Positions 60,142 through 64,000 of a stretch of 64,000 bases of DNA are shown here, piece after piece. The stretch is from Eledone cirrhosa. Its lineage: Eukaryota. The translations under genes were made by a program, and so were the position numbers. Each line of letters starts with the position of its first letter. Position 1 is the first letter of the stretch. The DNA is taken from NCBI GenBank assembly GCA_964016885.1, contig OZ024743.1, forward strand, positions 126,170,001 to 126,234,000, given 5' to 3'. The notes beneath the pieces were generated by a model. It was not told where the DNA came from. It did no database searches and saw nothing but the letters and a program-made list of their open reading frames with translations.

Positions 60142-61764
60142 TTTTCAATTTTTAGGGAAATATGTATAATTTAGTATGTTTACATGTCTAAACTCTTAAT
60201 GTGTAAATTAATATACACATTTACACAATCATGGTCACTTTTATACTGTATATATGTATCTAGATATAAATTTATATTTTGTAAATTAGTTGAATATAAT
60301 TGTTGTTGTTGGATTTCCATCAGCTCCGATGAGAACTGCTTCATTAAGAACAGCCTCCACGTGAAATTAAGGTGCAAGTGGCTGAGCATTTTGCAGACAT
60401 GTGCAAGCTTAATGTAGTTCTCAGGGAGATTCAGTGTGTTACAGTATGTGATTAGGCTGGCTCTTTGAATTACAGGTGTGACTCATTTTTGCCAGTTGAA
60501 TAGACAGAAGCCACACGAAATGGACCAGCATGTAGGTTGTGTTCTTTTTCAAGAAGACAACCTGCAGACTGGTCCAGAAATCAAACCCACAACCCTATGA
60601 TCTGGAGACAAACAGCCTTAATAATTAATTAAGCTACATGCCATGTTGAATATACACTATCCTAATTAAGTTGGCAAACTGGCTGAGTCTTTAGAGCATT
60701 GAATTAACTGGATCAATATTTGTTCTGGTTCCCTGTGCTCTGAGTTCTAATCACACTTAGGTCAACCTTGCCTGACATCCGTTTGGGTTCAATAAATAAA
60801 AGACCGGTCTGGGGTGGTGGATTGGTGGAATTGTTAAAGAGTCAGAGAGGGTACTTTGCTGTATCTGCTTCAGCAGTGTATGTTCTGAGTTCAAATCTCA
60901 CCTACTTCTGCCAGGAATTGTGACTGACAGAAAGTATCATCAATTTGAAAAAAGCGATGGAAATATAATTTCCAATCTGAGCCTCAGCTCCTTTTATCAT
61001 GGGGTTACTGATATCTCATAAAAAAAGAAATTCCATATCACAATAATTGCATTGGTGTTAATACCACACTTGAGTGCACCATTTGTGACATTGGTACCAT
61101 GATGAAAAGCAGTCAGTCCATTCAAAAGTGGTAGTGCTAGTGTCACAATACGTAAAATGTACCTAGTTCACTTTGTAAAGTAGTAGTGCTAGTGCCTCAA
61201 TAAAATGCACCCAGCCCACTCTGTAAAGTGAAGGCGCTGGTGCCATGATAAAATGTAAAGTAGTTGGCATTAGTGGTGGTGGTGGCGGTGGCAATAGTAG
61301 TAGTAGGAATTTACATACAATGATAGTTATGTCAACATTATGAAATATCAACAGAAAAGAGAAGTGGTATTCCCTACATTAAAAAAGTCTCAGAGAATGA
61401 CAAAGTAACTCTACTATGGGATATGGTAATACTTTCAAATAAGGATATCAAGGATAATTGACCAGATATTGTAGTCAAAGATCACTAGGAAAAGAAATAC
61501 ATCCTAATTCATGTATCAGTCTAAACAGATGATAATATGTCTCTCAAAGAAATGGACCAAATATAAAGTTCTAGAAATAGGGATAACCTGAATGTGAGGC
61601 TGAAAATAAAAACAATTCCTATAATAATAGGTGCCCAGGAAATAATTTGTTTTAAATATGGAGACAACTACATGACTAAAACCATAGGATGTACAAATAT
61701 ACAGACCATGCAGAAAGTAACACTACTAGGCACTGCATACATATTACAAATAGTACTCTATATA

Positions 61765-61905
61765 TAATGATTTCTAGCATAGGCACAAGGCCAGTAATTT
61801 TATCAACCCCATAAGGATGAAAGGCAAAGTTAACCTCAGTGGGATTTGAACTCAGACTGCAAAACATGGTGTTCGACTCTCTACCAATACTGCCAATCCA
61901 CCACC
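61765..61905 (-). mobile_element. family B SINE with internal deletions
   Basis: core domain and B box; TAGTACTCT on both sides. Confidence 0.8.
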
Positions 61906-62035
61906 CTAGTACTCTCTATATATAATAGAATTAAGACTGCTGAACAACAGTAAAATATCAACAACAACAACAACAATAAGCACAGTGCAGTAGTAATACA
62001 TCTATCTTCTTATTATAACCTAATATCATTACATT

Positions 62036-62125
62036 AGAAGAAGAAGAAGAAGAAGAAGAAGAAGAAGAAGAAGAAGAAGGAAGAGGAGGAGCATGAGGAG
62101 GAGAAGAAGAAGAAGAAAGGGAGAG

Positions 62126-62155
<30 letters not shown>
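62036..62155. repeat. (GAA)n microsatellite
   Basis: direct reading. Confidence 0.95.
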
Positions 62156-62156
<1 letters not shown>

Positions 62157-62960
62157 TCTCATTGAAGACCAGAGAAGTAAACGACAAGAACAAATTTCAC
62201 CGATTATGAAAGGGAAAAGCATTATGAAAAATATCTTGATTTTACTAATTTGCGTCGGCTGTAAGGAAGTGCAATTTCCTTCATAAACGATAATGAAGAA
62301 GAAATAATACAGGAAAAAGAAAAAAACATAAAAAAATAATTAAAAGGTAACTAACAATGGAAAATATATTAATAACGCCAAATCTTGTTGAAAAAAAATA
62401 GAATTAAAAAAATTATACAAGTTGAGAAAATACCAATAAACTTTTTTTTTTAACAAGAATTATGAATAAATTTTTCTTTCAATGAAAACATCGACTTGGA
62501 AGATTTCATATGTTGCTTGAAGACTGGATAAAAAAAATCCTCACAGACAAAGATCATCTAGAGAAATTTGTCTAAAATTAAAGCATGGCGAGGCAAGATT
62601 TCTGAGGAGACAAAGGAGAAATACTGCATAGAAAGGACATTGAAAGAGTCTCAGTGAAAGAACATCAATCACAAAGGAATGCAATAATAGGCAGCTTATT
62701 GAATTAGTTCAAAGGGGGAGGGAGAGAAAATCAACAACAATAACAACTAAAGAAGCAACAAAAACAAATTGTAAACATTAAAAGCCAGTTCTATTCAAGT
62801 AAAGCAGTAGAGCTGATTTATTAGCTCAATTTATTAGAAGCTGAATAATTGAAATAAGATTTGGTGAAAGTTGGCAACTCTCCAGTTTCAAGTACAAGCG
62901 CATACACAAACATATATATGTGTGTGTCTCCTGTGCATATGTGCCTACATATATATATAT

Positions 62961-63277
62961 ATCATCATTATCATCATCATCGTTTTACGTCCATTCTTCC
63001 ACACAAGCATGGGTTAAATGGGTTGTCCTGTTATGGGCAATGCCAGGGCAGGTGACCTTGTCTTGCTCATATGGGAACTGATTTTGGCTTGATTTCTACA
63101 GCTGGATGCCCTTCCTAACACCAACCTCATTTACAGTGAGTGTTGGGTGCTTTTTTACCGTGGCGGCACCTACATGGCCACTTTACAGTGGGAGGAGGTG
63201 GGGGAATATTGTCTATATGTTTCAGCTTTGGCTTGTACCCATGGGAAGTCGGGTCTTCTGTATTACTGTGTGACGCC
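62961..63277 (-). mobile_element. RTE 3' UTR fragment
   Basis: homologous to 14003-14352. Confidence 0.88.
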
Positions 63278-63286
63278 ATATATATA

Positions 63287-64000
63287 CAGGGTGCGGACGA
63301 TATTTGTTCGCAAAATTACTGTCTAGGAAAAAATAATACAGTAGTTTTATTTTTTAAGATTTATTTATCAAACTTGGGTCAGTTTGTTTTCATGACTTGT
63401 TCTTTCGATCTCACTCGATAAACCCGCCACTGGCTTTGATGACGGCCTCAAGGCGTCCTCGGAACCGGCTACAGGCCTTCGTCACTGTCCCCCGACTTAG
63501 GCCCCTAAAGGCACTTGTGATCCTGGCCTTCAGATCGTCTTTCGTATTGCAGCTAGATCTGTTGGTGTCTCGTTCCACTGCGCCCCACACAAGGAAGTCG
63601 AGGGGGTTGCAGTCAGGCAAGTTGGGAGGCCAGATGTTAGGTGAAGTGTGGTCGACGAAGTTCTCTGACAACCAGGCTTGGGTCTTTCGGCTGGTAAGGC
63701 AGCGTGCTGAGCCTTGCTGCCACACGTACGGCCTACCTGCAGCTACCTGGTCGATCCAGGGCTTTACTACCTCACTCAGAACGCGGATGTAGCCATCGCT
63801 GTTCAGCTTGAGGCCCTCAGGGAAGAAGTGAGGTGGCATCACGTCACCTTGACTGCTGACAACACCTAAGACCAATGTTGTCGCTGGAAACATTGTCTAC
63901 ATGACTCTGTGCACGTCTTTGGATGAGACAGTGAGCCACCTGTTGTTCTGGGGGTTGATCTTCTGGTCTTATTGGTCCTCCCGGCGTGGATTCCAAGAAA
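63287..64000 (-). mobile_element. DD37D (maT) transposon, second deleted copy, runs off the window
   Basis: TA + TIR CAGGGTGCGGACGATATTTGTTCGCAA; ORF 63411..63893 with WQQG...WPPNLPDCNPLD; same family as 1330-2172. Confidence 0.92.

Noticed and set aside
59494-63286. Further upstream PARP exons
   Set aside because: No splice-bounded segment matching the expected N-terminal motifs was found by eye; a small exon could have been missed

Overview
AT-rich, repeat-dense animal genomic DNA; the SINE/LINE repertoire suggests an octopus or other coleoid cephalopod (inference). Bases 1-26 kb are a transposon nest built largely in (TA)n microsatellites: a young 5'-truncated Penelope-like element with ~680-bp inverted termini, a second Penelope 3' fragment, several RTE LINE copies, a complete but decayed 4.06-kb Gypsy LTR element inside an RTE, a deleted DD37D (maT) transposon and tRNA-derived SINEs. 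Bases 28.5-59.5 kb carry 15 GT-AG exons on the minus strand that splice in frame into 596 aa of a PARP6/PARP8-family mono-ADP-ribosyltransferase; its 5' exons were not found and probably lie beyond the window. Its introns hold a CR1-type LINE, a solo LTR, MITEs, CRE-like fragments and many SINEs. The most notable hidden structure is a set of seven type I hammerhead ribozyme motifs in five sequence families. Most have a minimal palindromic stem III, and two sit in a non-coding inverted-plus-tandem (retrozyme-like) array at 15.1-16.2 kb. All folds and translations were done by eye.
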